Origin: Eubacteriales bacterium
GTDB lineage: Bacteria > Bacillota > Clostridia > Oscillospirales > CAG-272
Assembly: GCA_045655185.1 (NCBI GenBank)
Contig: JAZOOS010000014.1
Location: forward strand, 14,938-78,937
Length of the DNA stretch: 64,000 nt
Reading direction: 5' to 3'
The translations under genes were made by a program, and so were the position numbers. The notes under the pieces are model-generated. The model was not told where the DNA came from and did not search any database. It was given only the letters and a program-made list of their open reading frames with translations. Shown here one piece after another: positions 35,283 through 44,170 of the stretch (within the stretch, counting starts at the first letter, position 1; every line of letters begins with the position of its first letter).

Positions 35283-36448
35283 AGCAAACCGAGCATATCA
35301 AAAAAGAACCGCTTTTTCACATTGTAAAACGGGACAGCTTGACTCCAAAGAAGAAAGTGATCCTATACGCTCTCACCATCTTTCTCGGCCTTTTGGTGGG
35401 GGGCATTATCTGCTCTTTGCTTTCTAAGAAAAATTCGATCGATTTCTTCGTCTTTCTTTTTGAAGGAGCGATAGGCTCTTCGCGCCGTATATGGATCCTT
35501 TTGCAGGATACGGCGCTTCTCCTCGGCGTTTCGCTTGCCTTAGTTCCTGCCTTTAAGATGAAGTTCTGGAACCTTGGCGGAAACGGGCAGATCCTTGTGG
35601 GGTGCCTTGCCTACGTTGCCTGTATGTTTTACCTTGGCGGTAAGGTTTCGGATAGCGTTATTGTGATCCTCGGCCTTGTCAGCGGTGTTCTGGCCGGTGC
35701 ACTTTGGGCGCTGATCCCCGCGATCTTCAAGGCTTTCTTCGACACCAACGAATCGCTTTTCACCTTGATGATGAACTACATTGCCTCAGGCTTGGTTTGG
35801 ATGTTTCTTACGATTTGGCTCAAAAACGGTGAGACTATGTTAAGACCTATCGAAAAAGGAAACATTCCGGAACTTGGAAACAAATATCTTTTGACCATTC
35901 TCGTCTTTTTCTTGCTTGCCGGCGCAATTCACGTATACCTTAAATACAGTAAGCAAGGGTATGAGATTTCGGTCGTTGGGGAAAGCACCAAGACCGCCCG
36001 TTACATCGGGATCAACGTGAAAAAGGTCATCATTCGCACGCTTATTTTGTCGGGCGCGATTGCGGGTCTTGTCGGCGCCTTTCTCGGTGGGGCTATCGAG
36101 CATACGGTTGCCGCGGATACCGCCAAAAACATGGGCTTTACCGCCATTATGACGGCTTGGCTCGCCAATTTCAATCCGCTTGTGATGATTGCCTCTTGCT
36201 TCTTTATATCCTTCATCACCAAAGGAATGGTTAAGGTCAGAAGCGAATTCGGCTTTACCAGCGGCGCGATCTCCAATATTGTTGTCGGTATTGTGTATTT
36301 TGCGGTTATCAGCGTTTCCTTCTTTATCTCCTATCGGGTCATTTTCCGTGACGGGGCCTTTGACGGGGTTAAGAAGCTTTGGGAATGGATTAAAAACTTT
36401 TTTAAAAAAAGCAACGAAAAAAATAAGGATGAGGAGGGCGACGCATGA
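35279..36448 (+). CDS. ABC transporter permease
   Basis: 389-aa polytopic ORF with a 4-nt overlap with the ATPase gene. Confidence 0.85.
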   Translation: MKQTEHIKKEPLFHIVKRDSLTPKKKVILYALTIFLGLLVGGIICSLLSKKNSIDFFVFLFEGAIGSSRRIWILLQDTALLLGVSLALVPAFKMKFWNLGGNGQILVGCLAYVACMFYLGGKVSDSVIVILGLVSGVLAGALWALIPAIFKAFFDTNESLFTLMMNYIASGLVWMFLTIWLKNGETMLRPIEKGNIPELGNKYLLTILVFFLLAGAIHVYLKYSKQGYEISVVGESTKTARYIGINVKKVIIRTLILSGAIAGLVGAFLGGAIEHTVAADTAKNMGFTAIMTAWLANFNPLVMIASCFFISFITKGMVKVRSEFGFTSGAISNIVVGIVYFAVISVSFFISYRVIFRDGAFDGVKKLWEWIKNFFKKSNEKNKDEEGDA

Positions 36449-37422
36449 TTTCCTTTTTAGTTGGCGCGATCGCGCTTTCAACCGTATTTCTTTTTGGGTG
36501 TGTCGGTGAGATCATCACCGAAAAGGCGGGTCACTTAAACCTCGGTATCCCCGGCATTATGTGCGTGGGGACGGCGGGGGGCTGCTATGCCATTACATTG
36601 TATATGCGCACGCTTTCCGATCCCCGTGAGGCTTCGTGGTTTCTTCTTATTCTTTTTTCCGTGCTGCTTGGCTTTTTGTTCGCGGCGGCTCTTGGTGGGA
36701 TCTACGGCCTTTTGACCGTATCGCTGCGTTGCAACCAAAATATCACGGGGCTTGCCGTTACGATCTTTGGAAACGGCTTTACCCAGTTTTTTATGGAAAC
36801 TTTTGTCGCAAACGGTGATATTGATCAAGCAAATTTGCAGATTGCGGGTAAGATCGTTTCAGAGCACTTGCCTTTTGCGGATTCGCTTGGTGCCATTGGG
36901 AAAATTTTTCTTTCTCACGGTGCCTATGTGTATTTGGCTATTGTGGTGGCCGTTCTTGCCGCGTGGTTCTTAAAGCGGACGCGCGCAGGGCTGTATCTTC
37001 GCGCTGTGGGTGAAAATCCTGCAACGGCGGATGCCGCAGGCATCAACGTAACGGCGTATAAATACGGCGCGATCCTTATCGGAAGCGGTATCGCGGGTCT
37101 TGGCGGAGTCTTTTATATTATGGACCTTAATAAAGGCTGCTGGGAAAATGCGGCTACCATCGAAGGGCTTGGCTGGCTTTCGATCGCCCTCGTTATCTTT
37201 ACGCTGTGGAAGCCGAACCTCAGTATCCTCGGCTCGTTTGTGTTTGCTGCTCTGTATATCGTAGCCGAATATCTCAACGGAAACAGTACGCAGAAAGAGC
37301 TTTTCAATTTGATCCCCTATGTGATGACGATCGTCGTTCTGATCTTCACCAGCATCAAGGGAAGCAAGAACAACCAGGCCCCTGCCTCGCTCGGTCTGCC
37401 GTATTTCCGCGAAGAGCGTTAA
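36445..37422 (+). CDS. ABC transporter permease
   Basis: 325-aa polytopic ORF with a 4-nt overlap with the preceding permease gene. Confidence 0.85.
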   Translation: MISFLVGAIALSTVFLFGCVGEIITEKAGHLNLGIPGIMCVGTAGGCYAITLYMRTLSDPREASWFLLILFSVLLGFLFAAALGGIYGLLTVSLRCNQNITGLAVTIFGNGFTQFFMETFVANGDIDQANLQIAGKIVSEHLPFADSLGAIGKIFLSHGAYVYLAIVVAVLAAWFLKRTRAGLYLRAVGENPATADAAGINVTAYKYGAILIGSGIAGLGGVFYIMDLNKGCWENAATIEGLGWLSIALVIFTLWKPNLSILGSFVFAALYIVAEYLNGNSTQKELFNLIPYVMTIVVLIFTSIKGSKNNQAPASLGLPYFREER

Positions 37423-37437
37423 AACGTCAAAAAAGAG

Positions 37438-37462
37438 AAAGCCCGACCCGGTCGGGTTTTTT
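37438..37462 (+). terminator. intrinsic terminator of the xpt-ABC operon
   Basis: CCCGAC-ccg-GTCGGG followed by TTTTTT. Confidence 0.55.
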
Positions 37463-37534
37463 CTTGCCCCTTGCAAAAGGATTTTCGGTGTGCTATACTA
37501 TATAAGATAAGCAAAAGGAAGAAAGGAGAAGAAA

Positions 37535-38842
37535 ATGGTTACCGTATCGGGTGTTGAAAAGCGCTCTCGCGCCGCGCGCGCCGGGATCAAGGCGGGCGAT
37601 ATTCTTCTTTCGATCAACAATCACGAGATCCGTGATGTGCTGGATTATCGCTTTTACCTATCCGAAAGAGTGGTAGAGCTTTTGCTTCACCGCGGCGAAA
37701 AGCTTATAAAAAAGAAGATCAAAAAGGATACCTATGACGATATCGGTCTTTGCTTTGAGAGCGCCTTGATGGACAGGAAGCAGTCCTGCAAAAATCATTG
37801 CATCTTCTGCTTTATCGACCAGCTGCCGAAGGGCATGCGCGAAAGCCTGTATTTTAAGGATGACGATGCGCGCCTTTCCTTTTTGCACGGCAATTATATT
37901 ACGCTTACCAACCTACGTGACGAGGATATCGACCGTATTCTTACGATGCATATCTCGCCGATCAACGTATCGGTGCATACGACCAATCCAATCCTTCGTG
38001 TCGAAATGATAAAAAACCCGCGCGCCGGCGAGGTGCTTTCTTACCTTGACCGCTTAGCAAAGGGGGGGATCACCCTCCGCGGTCAGATCGTTTTGTGCCG
38101 TGGGATCAACGATGGGGAAGAGCTGGATCGAAGCCTATCCGATCTATCTAAGCTGTATCCCTCGCTTGACAGCGTTTCGGTCGTCCCTGCCGGGCTTACC
38201 GACCACCGCGCGGGGCTTACCCCGCTTACCCCCTTTGATAAGGAGAGCGCCGAGGAGGTCATCCGCCAAGTAGAGGGCTTTGCCGAAAAGCACCTTTTGG
38301 AGAAGGGAAGCCGCCTTGTGTACCTTGCCGATGAATTCTATCTTCTTGCGGGCAAGGATATGCCGCCCGAAGAGGCGTATGAAGAATATCCTCAGATCGA
38401 AAACGGGGTGGGGATGACCCGCTCGTTTTACGAGGAAGCGATGATCGGCCTTGCGCAAGATTGCCCGAAGCTTGAAAAAACGCGTCGCATCTCGCTGGCG
38501 ACGGGTGTCGCATCGACCCGTCTTATGCAAAGTATCGTTGACAAAGTATGCGAAAAAGAGAAGAATTTGTCCTGTTCTGTCTATACGGTTGAGAATAGAT
38601 GGTTTGGGAAGAATATCACCGTATCGGGGCTGTTAACCGGCCACGATATCGGCGAGCAGCTGAAAGGGCTGGATCTTGGCGAATGTCTTATCCTGCCGCG
38701 AAACACCCTGCGCGCCGACGGAGATCTGTTTTTGTGTGGGATGAGCCCCGAGGAGCTTTCGGAAAAGCTTTCGGTTCCGATCGTTTTTATCGATGAGGAT
38801 GGGGCCGCCCTCATTGAAGCCCTTTTAGGGGGAAAGGAGTAA
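37535..38842 (+). CDS. DUF512 protein (PDZ + radical-SAM-like domain)
   Basis: 435 aa. N-terminal PDZ-like GIKAGDILLSINNHEI, CxxxC-type CKNHCIFCF motif. Conserved position upstream of der. Confidence 0.85.
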   Translation: MVTVSGVEKRSRAARAGIKAGDILLSINNHEIRDVLDYRFYLSERVVELLLHRGEKLIKKKIKKDTYDDIGLCFESALMDRKQSCKNHCIFCFIDQLPKGMRESLYFKDDDARLSFLHGNYITLTNLRDEDIDRILTMHISPINVSVHTTNPILRVEMIKNPRAGEVLSYLDRLAKGGITLRGQIVLCRGINDGEELDRSLSDLSKLYPSLDSVSVVPAGLTDHRAGLTPLTPFDKESAEEVIRQVEGFAEKHLLEKGSRLVYLADEFYLLAGKDMPPEEAYEEYPQIENGVGMTRSFYEEAMIGLAQDCPKLEKTRRISLATGVASTRLMQSIVDKVCEKEKNLSCSVYTVENRWFGKNITVSGLLTGHDIGEQLKGLDLGECLILPRNTLRADGDLFLCGMSPEELSEKLSVPIVFIDEDGAALIEALLGGKE

Positions 38843-38845
38843 AAA

Positions 38846-40186
38846 ATGGGAAAGCCGATCGTGGCCGTCGTAGGGCGGCCGAACGTAGGGAAAAGCACCC
38901 TGTTTAATAAGATCATCGGGGAAAGACGCTCGATCGTTGAGGATACCCCGGGGGTCACGCGTGACCGTATTTATGCCGACGCTGAGTGGAACGGCCGCCG
39001 TTTTCTTCTGGTTGATACCGGCGGTATCGAGCCTAAGACCGACGACGTCATCTTAAAGCAGATGCGCCTGCAAGCCGAGATCGCGGTTTCGACCGCCGAC
39101 GTGATCGTGTTCCTTTGCGATATCCACGCGGGGGTTACGGCCGATGACCGTGATATCGCGGTGTATCTCAAAAAAAGCGGGAAGCCGATCCTTTTGGCCG
39201 TTAATAAGGTCGATAAGGTTGGGGCGTTGCCGCTGGAATTTTACGAATTTTACGAGCTGGGGCTCGATCACGATCCGATTGCGATCTCTTCGCTTCACGG
39301 CTCGGGTAGCGGCGATCTTTTGGATGAGATCGTCAGCGCCTTGCCCCCCGAAGAGGTGGAAGAGGAGCAGGAGGGCGTTATCGGCGTTGCCGTTATCGGG
39401 AAGCCGAATGCCGGCAAATCCTCTATCGTCAATCGCCTTGTTGGGGAAGAAAAGCACATTGTTTCGGATATTCCGGGTACGACGCGCGATGCCGTCGATA
39501 CCGCGTTTGCCAACGAACACGGAACCTTTAACTTTATCGATACGGCGGGTATCCGCCGCCAGAGCAAGGTGGAGGATCGCATTGAAAAGGTCAGCGTTCT
39601 GCGTGCCAAGACCGCGGTCGAGCGCGCCGACGTTTGCCTTTTGATGATCGACGCTTCCCAAGGCATCACCGAGCAGGACGAGAAGATCGCCGGCATCGCG
39701 CACGAGGCGGGGAAGGCGACCATCATCGTCGTCAACAAATGGGATCTTGTGGAGAAGGATAACGGCACGGTTAAGGAGTTTACCGACAAGATCCGCTTGG
39801 CGCTGGCGTACATGACCTATGCGCCCATCCTCTTCGTTTCGGCTAAGACCGGTCAGCGGACGCATCTCTTGTTTGAAAAGATCGTCGAGGTCTATCAGTC
39901 GGCTAAGCGCCGCGTTACGACGGGCATGCTGAATGATCTGTTGAACGATGCGATCATAAGGGTTCAGCCGCCCTCCGACAAGGGGCGCCGCTTGAAGATC
40001 TATTATATGACGCAGCCTGCGGTATCCCCGCCGACCTTCGTCATCTTCTGCAACAGCGCCGCGCTCTTCCATTTTTCTTATCAGCGCTATCTTGAAAACT
40101 GTCTGCGTGAGAGCTTTGGCTTTGAAGGCACGCCGATCAAGATCGTCATTCGCCAGAAGGGCGAGGAGATCCCCGACAATCTGTAA
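38846..40186 (+). CDS. der: ribosome biogenesis GTPase Der (EngA)
   Basis: Two tandem G domains (GRPNVGKST, GKPNAGKSS) and a KH-like C-terminus. Confidence 0.95.
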   Translation: MGKPIVAVVGRPNVGKSTLFNKIIGERRSIVEDTPGVTRDRIYADAEWNGRRFLLVDTGGIEPKTDDVILKQMRLQAEIAVSTADVIVFLCDIHAGVTADDRDIAVYLKKSGKPILLAVNKVDKVGALPLEFYEFYELGLDHDPIAISSLHGSGSGDLLDEIVSALPPEEVEEEQEGVIGVAVIGKPNAGKSSIVNRLVGEEKHIVSDIPGTTRDAVDTAFANEHGTFNFIDTAGIRRQSKVEDRIEKVSVLRAKTAVERADVCLLMIDASQGITEQDEKIAGIAHEAGKATIIVVNKWDLVEKDNGTVKEFTDKIRLALAYMTYAPILFVSAKTGQRTHLLFEKIVEVYQSAKRRVTTGMLNDLLNDAIIRVQPPSDKGRRLKIYYMTQPAVSPPTFVIFCNSAALFHFSYQRYLENCLRESFGFEGTPIKIVIRQKGEEIPDNL

Positions 40187-40218
40187 GACGGGCGCTACGC
40201 TTATTTTGAGGTATATCT

Positions 40219-41502
40219 ATGTTTATCGATTCGATTAAAATTTACGTAAAGGCCGGGGACGGCGGTAACGGCGCCGTAACCTTCCATCGCGAGAAATACG
40301 TGGCGGCGGGCGGGCCCGACGGCGGCGACGGCGGAAACGGCGGACACGTTATTTTCCGTGTCGACAAGGGGGCCAACACCCTGCTTGCCTTCCGCTATAA
40401 GCGCAAGTTCGTGGCCGAAAGCGGGGACGGCGGCCGTGGCGATAAGTTTCACGGCAAAAGCGGAGAATCGCTGTATATTCCCGTACCGCAGGGCACCCTG
40501 ATCCGTGAAGCGGAGACGGGGAAGATCATTCACGATATGTCCGACGGTGAGGATTTCATCATCTGCCGCGGCGGTCGCGGTGGCTGGGGTAACCGCCATT
40601 TCGCTACCCCCACGCGCCAGATCCCACGCTTTGCCAAAAGCGGGACCCGCGGAGAAGAGCGAGAAGTGCTTTTAGAGCTGAAAATGATCGCGGACGTGGG
40701 GCTGGTCGGTTTCCCGAACGTGGGGAAATCGTCTTTGCTTTCCCGTCTTTCCGCCGCAAGACCCAAGGTGGCCGACTATCATTTCACCACCCTTTCACCG
40801 AATCTTGGCGTCGTTCCCGCGGGGGACGGTGGCCACGGCTTCGTGATCGCCGATATCCCCGGGCTTATCGAGGGCGCGGCGGACGGCTTGGGGCTTGGGC
40901 ACGATTTCCTTCGCCATATCGACCGTTGCCGTTTGTTGCTTCACGTGGTGGATATCGCGGGCACTGAGGGCAGAGATCCCAAAGAGGATCTTGATAAGAT
41001 CGACCGCGAGCTTTCGCTTTACAGCGAGGAGCTTGCGAGTCGCCGCCAGATCGTGATCGCCAACAAGAGCGACGCGATCGACCGAGAGGATCCCGCGGTA
41101 AAAGAATTCGAGGAATACGTTTCCTCTCTTGGCAGACGGCTGATCTTTGTTTCGGCCGCCACCGGGGAAGGGCTTCGCGAATTGGTCAGGGCTACCGAGG
41201 AAGCGCTTGTCGATCTGCCGGGCATTACGGTATACGAGCCCGAGGTCACGATGGAGGAACGGACGACCCGCGGCGCGGGGCAAAAGGAAACGACTGTTCG
41301 CCAAGAGAACCGCGTCTTCTTCGTCGAGGGCGAGTGGCTGCGTAATCTTCTCGGCCAGGTCAACTTTGAGGATCGCGAATCAATCGCCTTCTTCCAGCGT
41401 ATTCTCTTAAAGGAAGGGATCATTGATCGCCTTCGTGAAAAGGGAATCGAGGAAGGCGAGCTGGTCAATATCTACGACTTCGAATTTGAGTTTTACGATT
41501 AA
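40219..41502 (+). CDS. obg: GTPase Obg/CgtA
   Basis: N-terminal Gly-rich Obg fold (GGDGGNGG), G domain GFPNVGKSS, C-terminal OCT domain. Confidence 0.95.
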   Translation: MFIDSIKIYVKAGDGGNGAVTFHREKYVAAGGPDGGDGGNGGHVIFRVDKGANTLLAFRYKRKFVAESGDGGRGDKFHGKSGESLYIPVPQGTLIREAETGKIIHDMSDGEDFIICRGGRGGWGNRHFATPTRQIPRFAKSGTRGEEREVLLELKMIADVGLVGFPNVGKSSLLSRLSAARPKVADYHFTTLSPNLGVVPAGDGGHGFVIADIPGLIEGAADGLGLGHDFLRHIDRCRLLLHVVDIAGTEGRDPKEDLDKIDRELSLYSEELASRRQIVIANKSDAIDREDPAVKEFEEYVSSLGRRLIFVSAATGEGLRELVRATEEALVDLPGITVYEPEVTMEERTTRGAGQKETTVRQENRVFFVEGEWLRNLLGQVNFEDRESIAFFQRILLKEGIIDRLREKGIEEGELVNIYDFEFEFYD

Positions 41503-41512
41503 GGACTATCGT

Positions 41513-41598
41513 ATTTAGGCATAATCGCAAATAAAAAGGAGTTATACTGCTTTGGCAGTGTAACTCCTTTTACCTTTTTCGTATTCTATCTTTTTATT
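41513..41598. repeat. structured intergenic repeat, partial copy U6 (5' end, first hairpin, TTCGTATTC box); acts as a bidirectional terminator
   Basis: ATTTAGGCATAATCGCAAATAAAAA + GGAGTTATACTGC-tttg-GCAGTGTAACTCC + TTTT...TTCGTATTCT, between convergent obg and ppiB. Confidence 0.65.
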
Positions 41599-42069
41599 TT
41601 AAATAAGCGTAATGGATTTGATGCGCTGAATAACGCGCGGGCGGTCGTTATAATCGGTGGGTACCGAAGCAATACGGTCTACAGCCTCGATTCCTTCAAT
41701 GACCTTGCCGAAGGCGGCGTATTGCCCGTCAAGATGAGGGGCATCGGCGTGCATAATGAAGAACTGCGAGGAAGCGGAATTGGGGTTCATCGCGCGCGCC
41801 ATCGAAAGAATGCCGCGGGTGTGGCGAAGATCGTTCTTGTGACCGTTGGCGGCGAATTCGCCGACGATATTTTCCTTCGCGCCGCCCATGCCGGTGCCTT
41901 GAGGGTCACCGCCCTGGATCATAAAGCCGGGGATCACGCGGTGGAAGATCAGGCCGTCGTAAAAGCCTTCCTTCACCAGCTTTTCAAAATTCGCGACGGT
42001 TTTGGGGGCAATTTCGGGGTACAGCTCTACCTTCATCGTGTCGCCGTTTTCCATTTCAATGAGTACCAT
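41599..42069 (-). CDS. ppiB: cyclophilin-type peptidyl-prolyl cis-trans isomerase
   Basis: 156 aa. FHRVIPGFMIQGGDP and SQFFI motifs. Confidence 0.9.
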   Translation of the reverse strand: MVLIEMENGDTMKVELYPEIAPKTVANFEKLVKEGFYDGLIFHRVIPGFMIQGGDPQGTGMGGAKENIVGEFAANGHKNDLRHTRGILSMARAMNPNSASSQFFIMHADAPHLDGQYAAFGKVIEGIEAVDRIASVPTDYNDRPRVIQRIKSITLI

Positions 42070-42134
42070 GATATTTCTCCTTCATATTTTAAAGTTTTAT
42101 GGAATATACTAACGCTAAAAAGCGAGGTATAGCG

Positions 42135-43220
42135 ATGGAACTGAAAAGCTTTGATTATAAGAGGGCGGCGGCGATCTTCATCTGCCTTTTCGGCGCTTTG
42201 GCGGTGATCTATATCGGGTTCCGCTTTCTTTTGCCGGTAGCCGTCCCCTTTTTACTGGCGTGGGGGGTGGCGCTTTGCTTGCGCCCCTTGAACGTATGGC
42301 TTCATAAAAAGACAAGAATACCGCTTCGGGCCCTTTCGCTTATTACGGTTCTTTTGGGGCTTTTCCTTTTGCTTTCGTTTGTTTCTTACCTTGTTTTCCG
42401 TTTGGTAAACGAGATACGGGGCTTTGCCTCCGCTCTTTCCGAGGATCCCGATGCGTTTTCGGGGATCTTGCGGTTTTTGGAGCCCTTGCTTCGGGGAAAC
42501 GAGGGGGTAGGGGGAGAGGGACTTTCACTTTATGAGGAACTGAAAAAATACCTTGAGATTCTTTTGGTCAACGGGGTTGGGGAGCTGCTTTCGGGGATCC
42601 CTTTGTGGATCGGGAATGCGGTATTAAGCCTTCCCGAGGGGCTGCTTTTCCTCTTTGTAACCGTGATCGCGGCCTGCTATTTCAGTATGGATCTAACCAA
42701 GATCCACAAGACGGTTCGTGATGTTTTGCCAAGTAAGCTTTGCATAAAGCTGTCCGAATGGCGGGAAAAGACCTTTCATACGGGCGCGCTATATGTGCGT
42801 GCGTATCTTATTCTCACTGCCGTGATCGCCGTCATTCTTCTTTTTGGCTTTTTGATCCTTGGGGTCGATTACGCCCTGCTTCTTTCGCTTCTTTTCGCCC
42901 TGCTTGACTTTTTGCCGGTCATCGGGGTCGGCACGCTTCTTATTCCCTGGTGCCTCTTCTCCTTCGCGACAGGCAATCTCTTCTTAGGCATCGGCCTGCT
43001 TGTTCTCTTTGCGGTGATCGAGATCACGCGCCAGATCATAGAGCCGAGGCTTGTCGGCGGTAGCCTCGGGGTATCGCCGCTTCTTTCGCTCTTTTCGCTT
43101 TACGCGGGGGCAAAGCTTTTTGGGCTTATCGGGATCCTTCTCGGGCCCCTGGCGGCGGTCTTTTTAAAAAGCACGCTTTCTCCGCTTTTGACCGCAAAAA
43201 ACAAAAAACCCGTCGCATGA
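42135..43220 (+). CDS. AI-2E/PerM-family transporter (YtvI-like)
   Basis: Start at MELKSFDYKR. 361-aa polytopic protein with a family-typical C-terminal region (EPRLVGGSLGVSPLL). Confidence 0.8.
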   Translation: MELKSFDYKRAAAIFICLFGALAVIYIGFRFLLPVAVPFLLAWGVALCLRPLNVWLHKKTRIPLRALSLITVLLGLFLLLSFVSYLVFRLVNEIRGFASALSEDPDAFSGILRFLEPLLRGNEGVGGEGLSLYEELKKYLEILLVNGVGELLSGIPLWIGNAVLSLPEGLLFLFVTVIAACYFSMDLTKIHKTVRDVLPSKLCIKLSEWREKTFHTGALYVRAYLILTAVIAVILLFGFLILGVDYALLLSLLFALLDFLPVIGVGTLLIPWCLFSFATGNLFLGIGLLVLFAVIEITRQIIEPRLVGGSLGVSPLLSLFSLYAGAKLFGLIGILLGPLAAVFLKSTLSPLLTAKNKKPVA

Positions 43221-43234
43221 CGGGATTTTGTCAG

Positions 43235-43420
43235 TCAGATACGCTCGACCTTGCCGGAACGTAAGCAACGGGTGCAAACGTAAACGCTTTCGTGCGTGCC
43301 GTTTACAACGGCCTTGACCTTACGGATGTTGGGCTTCCAAGTACGGTTGGTCTTACGGTTCGAGTGCGAAACGTTATGACCGAAAACAACGCCTTTTCCG
43401 CAAACACTGCATTTTGCCAT
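43235..43420 (-). CDS. rpmB: 50S ribosomal protein L28 (Zn-ribbon C+ form)
   Basis: Start at MAKCSVCGKG (AGGAGGTG 6 nt upstream). HSNRKTNRTWKPN motif. CxxC..CxxC. Confidence 0.9.
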   Translation of the reverse strand: MAKCSVCGKGVVFGHNVSHSNRKTNRTWKPNIRKVKAVVNGTHESVYVCTRCLRSGKVERI

Positions 43421-43601
43421 TACTGACACCTCCTGTAGTTATCCTATCCCGCGTGGGGGATAATCTATCTTAATTTTTTTATTACAAAATTCACGCGAAT
43501 AATAGTATATCACACCCTTTCTAAAAATGCAAGTGTTTTTTTCTCTTTTTTTAAAAAAAGAAAAAATGTTTTGAAAGCCCCTCTTTTTTCGGAAATAAAC
43601 C

Positions 43602-43630
43602 TTGTATTCCCTACGGTTTTATGCTACAAT
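43602..43630 (+). promoter_or_regulatory. promoter of small acidic membrane-anchored protein gene
   Basis: TTGTAT, 17-nt spacer, TACAAT. Confidence 0.5.
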
Positions 43631-43661
43631 TAAGCCAACGAAAGAAAAAGGAGTATACGTT

Positions 43662-43859
43662 ATGTCTAAGTTTTTTACGTTTGTTGGGTACGTCGTCAGT
43701 GTGCTGGCGGCGGCGTTCGGTATTGTTTATCTGATCAACAAGCTGACCGATAAAGAGATCGACGACGAATTGTGCGAGGAGATCGAAGAGGAGTGCGAGG
43801 ACGAGGCTGAGGGCGATTTGCCCGATGAAGACGAGGCCGAGGTTCCGCTCGCCGAATAA
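43662..43859 (+). CDS. small protein: one N-terminal TM helix plus a highly acidic tail (65 aa)
   Basis: AAGGAG 8 nt upstream of the ATG. Sequence MSKFFTFVGYVVSVLAAAFGIVYLI followed by a D/E-rich tail. Strong terminator downstream. Confidence 0.5.
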   Translation: MSKFFTFVGYVVSVLAAAFGIVYLINKLTDKEIDDELCEEIEEECEDEAEGDLPDEDEAEVPLAE

Positions 43860-43865
43860 TTTTTT

Positions 43866-43910
43866 AAAAAGCGCCCCCGATAAGGCTTCTTATCGGGGCT
43901 TTTTCTTTTT
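43866..43910 (+). terminator. intrinsic terminator
   Basis: CCCCGATAAG-gctt-CTTATCGGGG followed by a T-run. Confidence 0.65.
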
Positions 43911-44110
43911 TTAAAAAGGCGAAAAAAGGCGAGGCGCGCCGTTTTATATCTAAAAATAATATGAACGAAATGAGAAGCGGCGTTCATATTCGGAGAAAAA
44001 CGGGTTGCTTTGACAGCGGTCGACTTTTCTTTGTGAAGAGAGAATGAAGCGTTTGTTAAATCCTTCTTTAATAAAGAAGAAAAGAAAAAAATATTTTTTT
44101 CGCCAATGTC

Positions 44111-44139
44111 TTTACAAAGAAAAAGCAAAGTGCTATAAT
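44111..44139 (+). promoter_or_regulatory. promoter of the EIIC-like gene
   Basis: TTTACA, 17-nt spacer, TATAAT. Confidence 0.55.
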
Positions 44140-44170
44140 AATAAACAATTTTAAAAAGGGAGATGTGAAA

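Noticed and set aside
43958-43990. 10-bp perfect inverted repeat AATATGAACG-N13-CGTTCATATT upstream of the EIIC-like gene, considered as a LexA box or a small ORF (28 codons from ATG 43961).
   Set aside because: The GAAC/GTTC spacing is far from the N4 of SOS boxes. The ORF has no SD. It is most simply a stem-loop or an unknown operator, and the evidence is too thin to call.
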